A stretch of 64,000 nt of DNA from an uncultured delta proteobacterium (GCA_963810935.1 CAWEPK010000012.1:224001-288000), one strand, 5' to 3'; shown: positions 44,100 to 54,585, numbered from the stretch's first letter. The notes: generated by a model from the letters alone, not told the origin. Made by a program: numbers and translations.

Positions 44100-46640
44100 C
44101 TACCGCGCTGCCCTCCCTTTCCTCTCTTCGATCACGCGCCTGATCGTCTCCGCCATCTCGTTCCTGACGATCGGCTTCATTACGAACTCTCTTATCCCCA
44201 CTCCTTCGCCGACTCCGGCGATATTACCTCGCTGAAACCGGTGCACAATATCACCGGTATATCCTTCTTGATCGACATCAGCTTTTTCGCCAGCTCTATC
44301 CCCGTCATGTTCGGCATCGTCTGGTCCGTTATCACCAGGTCGAACCGCGCCGGGTCCCTCTGGAACCGCTTCAACGCCTGCACGCTGTCATGCTCGGCGA
44401 TCACCTCGTACCCCATGCGCTCCAGCATCTCTTTCGCCATCTCCACGAGCGCCTCTTCATCATCGACGAAGAGTATGCAGCGTTTCGCCGACGGCCTTCC
44501 GACGTGCGCCGCTGCCTGCACCGCCTTGCGCGCCGCCTCGTGCCTGACCTTTTTCAAATAGACCGCGAACGTCGAGCCGGCGCCCTGTGCGCTCTCCATT
44601 GTCATCGCGCCGCCGTGCCCCTTTACGATCCCGTAAACCACCGACAGCCCCAGCCCCTTGCCCGGCTCGTTCGTCGTGAAATAGGGCTCGTAGATGCGGT
44701 CCTTTATCGACTCGTCAACGCCGGGCCCCGTGTCGCTGACGGAGAGCCTGACGTACGCGCCCGGCACCATGTCGGGATACGGAGCGTCTTTCTGGTCGGT
44801 AAACGAGAAATCGGAAAGTCGCACGTCGAGGGCCCCTTTCGTCGCCTTCATGGCCTGCCCCGCGTTCATGCAGAGGTTTATGAGCAACTGGTGTATCTGC
44901 ACCGGGTCGGCCAGCACGATGGCCTCGTGCGTATCGATGGACGTTTTGATCTCTATGGTCGAAGGCAGCGACGCGCGCATCAGCTTCACTACCTCGTGCA
45001 CGATGGGCGCCACCTGTACCGCCTTCTTCTCCTGCTCCCCCTGCCGGCTGAAGGCGAGCATCTGCTTGACCAGGTCGCGGCCCCGGTAGCCCGCCTTGCG
45101 CACCTGCGAGAGGTGGCCCTGGGCCCTGGCGTTATCTCCCACGTCGTCCGTCGCAAGCTCGGTGAAGCCGATGACTGCCGCGAGGATGTTGTTGAAGTCG
45201 TGGGCTATGCCGCCCGCGAGGGTGCCTATGGCCTGCATCTTCTGCGCCTGGCGCAGCTCTGCCTCCAGACCGACCTGGCGGGTCATGTCACGCTCGACGG
45301 AGACGTAGTTGGTTACTGCCCCGTCCTTGTCCCTTATGGGTGACATCGTCCGCTCTACCTCGTAGGCGCTGCCGTCCTTCTTGCGGTTGGCGGCGCGCCC
45401 CGTCCAGACACGCCCCTCGCCGAGGGCGGCCCACATCTCCTCCCAGGTATTGTCTTCGCCGCCTTTCAGGACGTCGAACGTCAGCCCCGTGACCTCTTCC
45501 CTGCGGTAGAGGCTCACCTTCTCGGAGGCCGGGTTCATATACTGGATGATGCCCTTTTTATCCATGATAATGACGCAGTCGCCGCCCTGCTCGATGGCTA
45601 AGGCCAGCCGCGCCCGTTCTTCTTCCGCCTTCCTGTGCTCCCTGATCTCCACTTCCAGCCGCTCGTAGGCGCTCCGCAGCTCCGCGGTCCGCTCCTGCAC
45701 GCGCGCCTCAAGCTCTCCGCGCAGCCGCAGAAGCTTCGCCTCCGCCTGCTTTCGCTCCGTGATGTCGCGCCCGTTGACGACTATGCCCGCCATCTTCCGG
45801 TCGTGGAGCAGGTTCCGGCAGATCATCTCGATGGTGCGCCAGCCGCCGTCCTTGCTCTTCAGCTCCGCCTCCATCGACAGCGTGAAGCTCGGTATCCTCC
45901 CCGCCTCTATGATGCGCGCCCGCACTGCCTCCCTGCCAGACGGCTGGACGAACTCGAGGAAGTTTTTGCCGATGAGCGCCTTGGCCCCGTAGCCGAGCAC
46001 GCGCTTGACGGACGGCCCCGCGTAGCCTATCGTGCCGTCTTCCTGGAGCACCATAATGATGTCGAGGGCGTTCTCTATCAGCCGCCTGAAATGCTCCTCG
46101 CGCTCCCGCAGGCCCGCCTGCGCCTCCTCGCGCTCCCGCATCTCGCGAGTGAGCCGCTCGTTGGCTGCGGTAAGGTCCTTCGTCCGCTCCTCAACGCGCC
46201 TTTCCAGACTCTCCGTGGGAGTTCCTGAGCACCTCCTCGGCCCTCTTGCGCACGGTGAAGTCCGTCATGACGAGGCAGACGCCCCCGCGCCCGGCCGCAT
46301 CCGCTTTGCCGCTGGATATGCGCATTGCCGCGTTTCCGTTATCCCGGCAGAGTATCGTGAACTCGCCCCTGCCGCAGTCTGCCCCTTTGCAGAAGGTCGC
46401 TTCGAAGCGCTCCCGCTCGTCCTCCGGGAGGAAATCATAGATGCTTATCCCCATGACGCCCTCCGCGACGCGGCCGACCAGCTCGGCAAACCTTTCGTTC
46501 CCGTAAAGGATCCTCCCGTCGCTCTTCCGGACCACTACCGCCGCTTCCCCCATGCTCTCCACGATAGCGCGATACAACCGGTCGTCCGCCATTTCTTTTT
46601 CAACCATGCTTTGCTTCTCCCTCGTTTTGTATTGACTCAT
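44100..46640 (-). CDS. Multi-PAS hybrid histidine kinase; frameshifts near 44195 and 46220
   Basis: Three PAS domains, [10 protein letters not shown], HATPase, receiver; shifted frame ends IREFVMKPIVRNEMAETIRRV. Confidence 0.9.
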
Positions 46641-46932
46641 GATGAACTTTCGCCCCTTCGGGGCCGCCCCTTGGTAATCATCAGAATACACCTGTCCTCC
46701 CCGATCAGTGCCGAAAAGAGACAACCCGGGCGAGCAGGGTGAAACGCCTACAGTATTCATCTATCGAACGGCCTGTGTTAGTTGATGATTACTCGACTGT
46801 CACGGCAGCGTCTTTCCGCTGTGTCACACTACTCGAGGCTGCAAAACAACACGGCCCTTATGTATCGTTTTCTCGAAGCCACATTATAATTAATCACCCG
46901 GGGTTTGTAAAGGATAATAAATAGTGACAATC

Positions 46933-47070
46933 ATTGGGGCTCAGCGCCCCCTCCAGCGGCATCAGGCGCGACCCTTCCCTCCTTACGTCGGGCGGGTGCC
47001 CCGGCCTCCCCACTCGGCGCTTCGCATACGCTCGCTTTATGACCCTGCTGCTTGCAGCAGGGTCATAAAT
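46933..47070 (+). repeat. Repeat family A, copy 4 (longest)
   Basis: ATTGGGGCTCAGCGCCCCCTCCAGCGGCATCAG...CTCGGCGCTTCGCATACGCTCGCTTTAT plus GACCCTGCTGC hairpin. Confidence 0.85.
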
Positions 47071-48295
47071 GGGGGCCAAGACGGTCCACGCGGGCAAGCT
47101 GCGGGAACAATTTCATCCACGCCAGGGCGGTCACTATGGTGCCTACGCCGCCGATAATCACTGCGGGCACCACCCCGAACCAGGCCGCGGTAACGCCCGA
47201 CTCGAACTCCCCGAGCTGGTTTGACGTCCCGATGAACATCGAGTTTATGGCGCTCACTCTCCCGCGCATGGCGTCCGGCGTCTCCAACTGGACGAGGGAT
47301 TGGCGTATCACCACGCTGATTACGTCCGCCCCGCCGAGCACGACGAGGGCGGCAAGGGAGAGGAAGAACGACCTCGATACGCCGAAAACGACCGTAGCCG
47401 CGCCGAAAACGATCACTGCCGTGAACATTTTGCGGCCCGCAGCGCGGTGCAGCGGATAGCGACCGAGCAGCAGCGACATGAGCAGGGCGCCGCCGGAAGG
47501 CGCGCCGCGAAGGAGCCCCAGCCCCGCCGGACCCACAGCCAGGATATTTTTTGCATAAACAGGCAGCAGGGCCGTTGCCCCGCCGAGGAGCACAGCAAAC
47601 AGGTCGAGGGAGATGGCCCCGAGGATCGCGGGCTTGCTCTTTACGTAGGTGATGCCTGCGAAAATCGAGCGTAGATCGACGGCCTCGACTTTGCGCACCT
47701 TCCGCGTTGCTTCGATAAGGCTGATGAAGACGCACCCGCATACGTAGAGGGCCGTGACCGTTACGTAGGCGTGGAGCGGCCCTGCCGCATAAACGAAGCC
47801 GCCGATGGCGGGGCCGAGTATGTTGGCCGTCTGCGTCGAGGAAGCGGCGCGGGCGACTGCCCGCGGGAAGACTTGCGGCGTCACCAGGTTCGGGAGGAAG
47901 GCGTTCATGGTAGGGTGCTCGAACGCGCGGGCGCCGCCTATGACGAAGGCGACGGCGAGGAGGACGCGGGCGTCGAGCCGGCCGGTAAGGCACCCGGCGG
48001 TAAGCGCGGCGGCCGCAAGGGCCGCAATGAGCTGGCACACCCGGATGACCGAGCGGCGCTCGCAGCGGTCTGCCACGTGGCCGACGACGAGGGTAAGAAG
48101 GAAGGCAGGCGCGAATTGGGCAAGCCCGACGAAGCCGAGGTAAAGGACGCTGCCGGTGAGGGCATACATCTGCCAGCCGACCGCAACGGCGAGCATCTGG
48201 TAGGCCAGTGTGGACGAGACACGGCTGAACCAGAAGCAGACGAAACTTCTGTTCTGTGAGAGTGCGCGCGCGTCGTCAGAGTCGGAAGAAGTCAT
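47063..48295 (-). CDS. MFS transporter (DHA3-like efflux)
   Basis: VAVGWQMY, GHVADR, LDLFAVLLGGATALLP, TPDAMRGRVSA, SNQLGEFESG. Confidence 0.92.
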   Translation of the reverse strand: MTSSDSDDARALSQNRSFVCFWFSRVSSTLAYQMLAVAVGWQMYALTGSVLYLGFVGLAQFAPAFLLTLVVGHVADRCERRSVIRVCQLIAALAAAALTAGCLTGRLDARVLLAVAFVIGGARAFEHPTMNAFLPNLVTPQVFPRAVARAASSTQTANILGPAIGGFVYAAGPLHAYVTVTALYVCGCVFISLIEATRKVRKVEAVDLRSIFAGITYVKSKPAILGAISLDLFAVLLGGATALLPVYAKNILAVGPAGLGLLRGAPSGGALLMSLLLGRYPLHRAAGRKMFTAVIVFGAATVVFGVSRSFFLSLAALVVLGGADVISVVIRQSLVQLETPDAMRGRVSAINSMFIGTSNQLGEFESGVTAAWFGVVPAVIIGGVGTIVTALAWMKLFPQLARVDRLGPHL

Positions 48296-48414
48296 GGCGC
48301 TCCGTGTCTGTGAAGTTTTCGTAGTCTACTACAGTGTGTGGGTGAAGTTAAAGGGTCAGTGGGTAGGCCGGGGAGGATTGGTAGTGGGTCAGTTTGAAAG
48401 AGGAATTATTAGAT

Positions 48415-48593
48415 AAGCAAAGAGGAGTCTTGTAGTTAGTACAAAGCTCCTCTTCTGACTACACATTGATTAACATCCCGGGAGGATTCGTAATTCACAC
48501 GAACCCCCCCGCTTCACCATACGGGATTGCAATCTCCACTATATGGCGGCCTCCGAGGAGGACTTAAGCCCGATGCCGAAGCAGAGCGGGTAC
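48415..48593 (-). ncRNA. Candidate structured ncRNA downstream of pemK (putative RNA antitoxin)
   Basis: Own promoter; consecutive stems (UUCG-capped, CUCG-capped, long CGGGGGGGUUCGU/ACGAAUCCUCCCG); terminator hairpin AGAGGAG..CUCCUCU followed by UUUGCUU. Confidence 0.6.
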
Positions 48594-48599
48594 TTAACT

Positions 48600-48628
48600 A
48601 GAGTACTACGTCAAAGGTAACATGTCAA
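48600..48628 (-). promoter_or_regulatory. Sigma70 promoter embedded in the pemK 3' end
   Basis: TTGACA (48628-48623) -17- TACTCT (48605-48600). Confidence 0.7.
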
Positions 48629-49030
48629 GTGCGAAAGCGCAAGGGTGTTTAACACGCACTTTCTTATGTCCTTTAGTTGTGTTTCGGTAATGATTTTCTC
48701 AACATACTCACGTCTTCCAGCACGATCTTTGCCGATATAGGGCAAAGAAAGCCTACTCAGCGACACGGTAGCCAACATATCCCCCTTTACCCAGTGAAAA
48801 CGAGAATCGAAGGGCGGGGGTAACGGGTCATCAAGAAGTAATTTACAATGATATGGCATAACAGGGACGGGCGTCGTAGTGCTCAACGGTAATACCGTAC
48901 ATAGACCACCTCTCCCTCTGAATCTGGGAGAGATAACAACTGCAGGCCGCTTTTTTACCATTTCTGGCGGAATTCCATCAAAATTACAAATGACAATGGT
49001 TCCTACTTGGGGATGATAAGGAAGAGGCAT
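48611..49030 (-). CDS. PemK/MazF family endoribonuclease toxin with no protein antitoxin
   Basis: GTIVICNF, PEMVKKRPAVVIS, TVLPLSTT, WVKGDMLATVS..RL; RBS GGAG; promoter TTGTTA-17-TATAAT at 49076-49048. Confidence 0.88.
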   Translation of the reverse strand: MPLPYHPQVGTIVICNFDGIPPEMVKKRPAVVISPRFRGRGGLCTVLPLSTTTPVPVMPYHCKLLLDDPLPPPFDSRFHWVKGDMLATVSLSRLSLPYIGKDRAGRREYVEKIITETQLKDIRKCVLNTLALSHLTCYL

Positions 49031-49294
49031 CGTATTCTCCAAGGCTTATTATACGGTATGGCCGTTATTATAACAAGGGAATGATATCCTTCATCACTGA
49101 TCGGGCGCGTAGGTTCATGTCGTTCGGTCGCTTCTTCTTTGCCATGCTAAATGTAGCACGAGCGGTTAAACATGGTAAGCATCAGGATAAGAAAAGAAGA
49201 CCAAACTGACCCACTACCGGGGGGACTATGTACCTTGTGTGGGTGCATATAGTATGTTAGACTAACTCACCTACTCGTTTCAGGGGAGATCAAG

Positions 49295-50236
49295 ATGAAA
49301 AACAATTGCTTTAAGATAGGCCTTATACTGGCCGCCTTCGTGGTCTTGTTCGCCTTCGTCCTCCAGATTGACTCTTACGCTCGGATCGGCGGCGGCGGCT
49401 CAATGGGATCGCGCGGCTCGCGCAGCTTCAGCCCTCCGGGCGGGTCTTCGCCTTACAGACCGGTTACGCCGTCGCAGTCCTACGCACCCAGCCCGTATCA
49501 ATCGGGAGGCGGCAGCTTTTTCAGGAGCATGATGGGCGGCATGGCGGGCGGCTTCCTGGGCGGCATGCTCTTTCGCAGCCTCGGCTTCGGGGGCGGATGG
49601 GGCATGGGCGGCGGCGGGGGCGGCATCGGCCTCTTCGAGATTATCCTCGTCGTCGTCATACTTTACGGCCTCTACCGCTTCATGAAGAAGCGGAGGGCGG
49701 CGAGCGAGACGTATTACGAGTCCAACACATATGCGCCACCCGTCTACGAGCAGCAGCCGGCATACGGCGCGCCGGACCAGCAGTCGGACGTGGAGATGGG
49801 GCTTCGCTACATAAGGCAGATGGACGCATACTTCCAGGAAGGCGCCTTCCGCGACATGTGCCTGGATACGTTCTTCAAGATCCAGGGCGCCTGGGGCATG
49901 CGCGATATGGCGCCCGTCAGGGGCCTCCTTACGGATGAGATGTACAGCGCCATAGAGAGCGACGCAGCGAAGCTCCGGGCGGACCACAGGGTCAATAAGC
50001 TCGACAACATCGCCGTGCGGTCCACGGACATCGTCGAGGCGTGGCAGGAATCGGGCAGGGACTATATCACGGTGCGCTTCTACGCCAATCTGGTCGACTA
50101 TACGGTAGACGATAAGACGGGCGACGTAGTGTCGGGCAGCAAGACGGACCCGGTCAAGTTTGAGGAATACTGGACGTACACGCGGCAGGTCGGCAGCAAC
50201 CCGTGGCAGTTGTCGGCCATAACGCAGCCGCAATAA
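49295..50236 (+). CDS. Tim44 domain protein
   Basis: [16 protein letters not shown], Gly-rich TM region, FEEYWTY...WQLSAI. Confidence 0.92.
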   Translation: MKNNCFKIGLILAAFVVLFAFVLQIDSYARIGGGGSMGSRGSRSFSPPGGSSPYRPVTPSQSYAPSPYQSGGGSFFRSMMGGMAGGFLGGMLFRSLGFGGGWGMGGGGGGIGLFEIILVVVILYGLYRFMKKRRAASETYYESNTYAPPVYEQQPAYGAPDQQSDVEMGLRYIRQMDAYFQEGAFRDMCLDTFFKIQGAWGMRDMAPVRGLLTDEMYSAIESDAAKLRADHRVNKLDNIAVRSTDIVEAWQESGRDYITVRFYANLVDYTVDDKTGDVVSGSKTDPVKFEEYWTYTRQVGSNPWQLSAITQPQ

Positions 50237-50243
50237 AGGGTTA

Positions 50244-50817
50244 ATGCAGGCAAGGGCTTCCATTGAGATCGTTGCCGAGGCGTCGGCCGGTGGCGCGCGG
50301 GTGCGCGTCATAAGGGGAGACCTTACGGAAGCTCCCGTAGACGCAATCGTCAACGCGGCCAACTCTCACCTCCAGCACGGTGGCGGCGTAGCAGGCGCCA
50401 TCGTCCGCAAAGGCGGGCAGGTAATCCAGGAAGAGAGCGACCGGATAGGGTTCGTCCCCGCCGGCAAGGCAGCGCTCACCTCCGCAGGCAGGCTGCCCGC
50501 GCGTTTCGTTATCCATACTGTAGGCCCCCGCTGGGGCGAAGGGGACGAAGAGGCCGAAACTGGCCTCGGCGGTCGCGAGCGCCCTTGACCTCGCGGAAGA
50601 AAAGGGGCTCGCCACCGTGGCCATGCCGGCAGTCAGCGGCGGCATCTTCGGCTTCCCTAAAGAGAGCTGCGCGCACATCATCGTGCGCGAGATCGCGGCC
50701 TTCGGGCGCAAGGCAAAAACGGTAAAAACCATCGATATATACCTCATGGACGCAGAAATAATCGAGTTCTTCGCCAAAGAGGTTGAAGGGCTCGGGAAAG
50801 GTATGGAAGGCGTTTAA
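50244..50817 (+). CDS. Macro domain protein; frameshift near 50555
   Basis: [26 protein letters not shown], then [12 protein letters not shown]. Confidence 0.9.
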
Positions 50818-52211
50818 TGTGCGGGATATTCGGTATCTTCGGCCATCCGGAAGCATCAAACATGACCTATCTCGGGCTGCACGCCCTGCAGCACAGGGGG
50901 CAGGAGAGCGCGGGCATCGTTAGCACCGACGGCTCTTCGATGTACATGCGCCGGGAGATGGGCCTTGTCTCCGATATATTCAATGAGGAGACCCTCCGTG
51001 AGATCCCCGGGCACGCGGCGATAGGCCACGTGCGCTATTCGACGGCCGGGTCGAGCACGATAAAGAACGCCCAGCCCTTCGCCGTGGAATACTCGAAGGG
51101 GTCGCTGGCCATAGCCCACAACGGCAACCTGACCAACGCAAAGATCATCCGCGACGAGCTTCAGAATTACGGCTCCATCTTCCAGTCCACGATCGACACG
51201 GAAGTCATCGTCCACCTCATCGCCCTCTCCCATGAAAACCTTACGGTAGACAGGCTCATAAGCGGGCTGCGGAGGGTGGAAGGCTCCTATTCTCTTCTCG
51301 TTCTGACGGACAAGGAGATGATCGCGGTGCGCGACCCTCACGGCTTCAGGCCCCTCGTCCTCGGCCGCCTGCGCGATTCCTATGCAGTGTCCAGCGAGAC
51401 GTGCTCTTTCGACCTCATAGAGGCGGAGTACACGCGCGAGATCGAGCCGGGCGAGGTCGTCCGCTTCTCGAAAGACGGCGTCGAATCCTATTTCCCCTTC
51501 AAGAAGGCCGAGCCGCGCCGCTGCATCTTCGAGTACATCTATTTCGCCAGGCCCGACAGCAGCATATTCGGCCGCACCGTCTACAACGTGCGAAAGGCCT
51601 TCGGCAGGGAGCTGGCCCGCGAGAGCGGCGTAGATGCCGACATGGTCATCCCTATACCCGACTCCGGCATAAGCGCGGCGATAGGCTATTCCCAGGAGTC
51701 GGGCATCCCCTTCGAGATGGGCCTGATAAGGAACCACTATGTCGGCAGGACGTTCATCGAGCCGAAAGAATCGATCCGCCATTTCGGCGTAAGGCTGAAG
51801 CTGAACGCGGACCACGACACGGTGAGGGGCAAGAAGATCGTTGTAATCGACGACTCCATCGTAAGGGCCACGACGGGCAGGAAAATCATCACCATGCTGC
51901 GCCAGCAGGGCGCGAAAGAGATACACTTCCGGGTGACGTCCCCCCCTACCCGCTTCCCGTGCTTTTACGGCATCGACACGCCTTCGAGGTCGGAGCTGAT
52001 CGCCTCCTCGCACAGCGTGGATGACATCAATGAATATATGACGTCCGACACGCTCCGGTACCTCTCCATCGACGGGATGAAGAGGGCCATCGGGAACGGG
52101 TCGAACGAGTTCCAGTATTCGTTCTGCGACGCATGCTTTTCCGGTAAATATCCGACACGCTTTCCGTGGGGGATGGAGCTGGAGCAGATGGAGTTGTTCG
52201 TAAAAAGGTAA
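50817..52211 (+). CDS. purF: Amidophosphoribosyltransferase
   Basis: MCGIFG, LQHRGQESAG, GHVRYST, IDDSIVRATT. Confidence 0.98.
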   Translation: MCGIFGIFGHPEASNMTYLGLHALQHRGQESAGIVSTDGSSMYMRREMGLVSDIFNEETLREIPGHAAIGHVRYSTAGSSTIKNAQPFAVEYSKGSLAIAHNGNLTNAKIIRDELQNYGSIFQSTIDTEVIVHLIALSHENLTVDRLISGLRRVEGSYSLLVLTDKEMIAVRDPHGFRPLVLGRLRDSYAVSSETCSFDLIEAEYTREIEPGEVVRFSKDGVESYFPFKKAEPRRCIFEYIYFARPDSSIFGRTVYNVRKAFGRELARESGVDADMVIPIPDSGISAAIGYSQESGIPFEMGLIRNHYVGRTFIEPKESIRHFGVRLKLNADHDTVRGKKIVVIDDSIVRATTGRKIITMLRQQGAKEIHFRVTSPPTRFPCFYGIDTPSRSELIASSHSVDDINEYMTSDTLRYLSIDGMKRAIGNGSNEFQYSFCDACFSGKYPTRFPWGMELEQMELFVKR

Positions 52212-52245
52212 GGGAAACCGACCGGCCGATTATGGAGATGAAACG

Positions 52246-52866
52246 ATGGAAGAGCACAGAAGACTTCTAAGGCTGTTGAAAGACCTATCCTACGAAGAAG
52301 GCGATTTCCTGCTGGCCTCCGGCAAGCGCAGCACGTTCTTCATCGACTGCAAGGAGACGACGCTGAACGCCGAGGGGATGTACCTGGTCGGCCACTGCAT
52401 GTACCAGGAGGTGCTGCGGGTGCCCGGCATAGAGGCGGTCGGGGGCGTGAGCGTCGGCGGCGACCCGCTCGTCTGCTCGACTGTGCTCGCTTCCTATGCG
52501 CTCCGCGATCCCATCCCCGGCTTCTTCATCAGGAAGGAGCTTAAGGGCCACGGCACAAACCGATGGATCGAGGGCGGGAAGAACCTGCACAAAGGGATGA
52601 AAGCGCTGATCCTGGAAGACGTCGTGACAACGGGTGGCTCGTCGTTAAGGGCGATAAACGCGGCCGAGTCGGACGGCCTGGTGGTCAAGGGCGTCATAGC
52701 CCTCCTCGACAGGCTTGAGGGCGGCAGGGAGGCAATAGAGGAAAAGGGCTATCTCTTCAAGGCGATATTTACTCTCAACGATATAGGCACTAGTGATAAC
52801 TTATATTTAGGTTTCAAGGAGCGAGCGAAGCGCGAGAGGAATAAAGCAACTGGCATAACTTATTGA
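52246..52866 (+). CDS. pyrE: Orotate phosphoribosyltransferase
   Basis: FLLASGKRS, RKELKGHG, LEDVVTTGGS. Confidence 0.96.
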   Translation: MEEHRRLLRLLKDLSYEEGDFLLASGKRSTFFIDCKETTLNAEGMYLVGHCMYQEVLRVPGIEAVGGVSVGGDPLVCSTVLASYALRDPIPGFFIRKELKGHGTNRWIEGGKNLHKGMKALILEDVVTTGGSSLRAINAAESDGLVVKGVIALLDRLEGGREAIEEKGYLFKAIFTLNDIGTSDNLYLGFKERAKRERNKATGITY

Positions 52867-52881
52867 TGATTTAGGTTTCCT

Positions 52882-52959
52882 AAGCGAGCGCATGCGAAGC
52901 GCTTAAGCGGGGAGCCTCCTAGGTTTTACCCGACGGAGGGGGCGCTGAACCCCATTATT
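52882..52959 (-). repeat. Repeat family A, copy 5
   Basis: AAGCGAGCGCATGCGAAGCGC...GGAGGGGGCGCTGAACCCCATT is the reverse complement of the copy 1/4 motifs. Confidence 0.75.
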
Positions 52960-53223
52960 TGCGGCGTTCCTTCCCCAGCGTCTTGCCTCTGAACCAGTCG
53001 AGGGACTGCAAAGAAGAAACGACCAGGGCCGTGGAGTAGTGCAGCAGGTGGTCTACATGGAGTTTTACGGTACCCTGGTCCGGCGAGCGCGGGTCGGGAA
53101 CTGCCTTCTTCGGCCACAGCCTGCCTTTCGGGCTCATCGACGAAAGCCATCCTTTCATTTTTAAACCTGCTTGTGGTTGACAGGACGTGCTTACCGGCCG
53201 GCCGCTCTTTCGCGGCGAGACCG

Positions 53224-53496
53224 CTATTGCGCCATAATGAGGTCGATCTCGAACTGCGGGCAGTTTTCGAACCCTACCAGGTTGGCTCTGCCGGTGAGGG
53301 GGCAGCACTTGCCGCAGTGCGCCCATTTTGTGCACGTCACCGGCCCCTGGCATAGCTCAGTGGAGGAGGCGTCGAACCAGCCGCATTCGCCGCACGTCGG
53401 CCCGTCTTTCCGGCACGCGGGCCTGCCCGCGAAGAGGACTTCCAGGTCCTCCAGAGTGTACGGCACGCCGGTTCCGTAATCGAAAACCTCTTCCAT
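53224..53496 (-). CDS. Small Cys-rich hypothetical protein
   Basis: 90 aa with CGEC, HCGKCCP and CPQF; RBS GAGG. Confidence 0.6.
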   Translation of the reverse strand: MEEVFDYGTGVPYTLEDLEVLFAGRPACRKDGPTCGECGWFDASSTELCQGPVTCTKWAHCGKCCPLTGRANLVGFENCPQFEIDLIMAQ

Positions 53497-53787
53497 CAGA
53501 CCGCCTCGCTTGATAGTTTTCGTTCGGTAACGGGGGTCGCCCGGAGGTTCCGCGGCCCACAATCCGTATCCTACAAGAATCATGCCTCTTATCGTCCGTT
53601 TACGAAAATCCCTTAAGGACAGCCGGAAAACAGCCTGTACCGGCCAGCTTTCGGACGGGCAAATCCGTCTTGCACAGTGAGACTATGTCTTGTGCAGCAA
53701 GACAGACTATCTCGTCGCGCAAGACAAAAACACCGCTTGAACAGGATCGAGAGGTCGCGTCGGGGAAGCGATATTAAAGCGGAATGG

Positions 53788-54231
53788 CTAAGGGCAGGGA
53801 CCGACCTTGACGGTCATAGCCGAGCCGCCGGGCACGAGGCCCTTGAGGCGCAGCGGCCTGCCTGCCACGGTCAGCACGTGGTTTGAGTAATCGGCGCTCC
53901 TTATCCTGATCTCGCGGGCCTTGTGGCGCACAGATGCGACGCCCGTCCCGTCCGTTTGCAGGCCGTAATACTCGAAGACGCCGGCAGACGGGCTCTCCAC
54001 CCGGACAGTCGATATCCCCTCCACCGGATCGTACACATAGGTCTCCTCCACCGGCGCCAGGTATATCGAGTTGATGAACTTCAGGCTGAACTCTCTCCCC
54101 GCCTCCAACGGCATAGCAGCCAGCACTTTTTCCGGCTCGCTGCCGGCGACGATGACGCAAAGGCCCGCCGCGCGGGCGGATAGCGGACAAAACATCATGA
54201 GCATAATCAATAACAAAACGCGGACAGGCAT
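53788..54231 (-). CDS. DUF1850-like exported protein
   Basis: FSLKFINSIYLAPVEETY motif; signal peptide. Confidence 0.7.
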   Translation of the reverse strand: MPVRVLLLIMLMMFCPLSARAAGLCVIVAGSEPEKVLAAMPLEAGREFSLKFINSIYLAPVEETYVYDPVEGISTVRVESPSAGVFEYYGLQTDGTGVASVRHKAREIRIRSADYSNHVLTVAGRPLRLKGLVPGGSAMTVKVGPCP

Positions 54232-54296
54232 AACGAAAACACTTACTCTTTTTCCGAAGCCTCTGTCAAGCCGGTCGCGAACCCATCGCTATCTCA

Positions 54297-54331
54297 CCCT
54301 CACCCCGCCCTCTCCCCTCAAGGGAGAGGGA
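54297..54331. repeat. REP-type palindrome
   Basis: CCCTCACCCCGCCCTCTCCC-CTCAA-GGGAGAGGG. Confidence 0.7.
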
Positions 54332-54375
54332 GAGCCGTGCAATCAACGGGTGGTTTAGTCGTGGGGAGGCACGCC

Positions 54376-54518
54376 GGGGTTCGGGTGGCCTGAGCTATTT
54401 TCGATGGGATTCGCGTTGCTTTTCGAAGGCGCGCGGCGGAGCGTACTACTGTACGTGAGCACGCCGCGCCGAGAAAACGACGCGAAGACCGCGAAAAGAG
54501 CCAGGCCACCCGGACCCC
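54376..54518. repeat. Repeat family B, copy 3
   Basis: Terminal IR GGGGTTCGGGTGGCCTG/CAGGCCACCCGGACCCC; interior similar to 3308-3431. Confidence 0.85.
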
Positions 54519-54585
54519 TATACCGGCAGCTCATTATTCGCTATACTATAGCGAATAATGAGCCCAACTTCATACAGCATGCAAG

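Larger units (their letters stand above)
48380..49218. mobile_element. Non-autonomous IS-derived cassette carrying pemK and a structured RNA
   Basis: Perfect 17-bp terminal IR GGTAGTGGGTCAGTTTG / CAAACTGACCCACTACC; flanks GGGAGGATT and GGGGGGACT match at 7/9; no transposase. Confidence 0.8.

Noticed and set aside
49068..49145. 25-aa ORF as the PemK protein antitoxin
   Set aside because: It has no AbrB/RHH features, pemK has its own promoter downstream of it, and it looks like a truncated IS accessory gene. It should still be tested as a control.
53500..53720. c-di-GMP or other riboswitch
   Set aside because: Only isolated words (GGCAAA, TTACCGAA) on different strands; the consensus architecture is absent.
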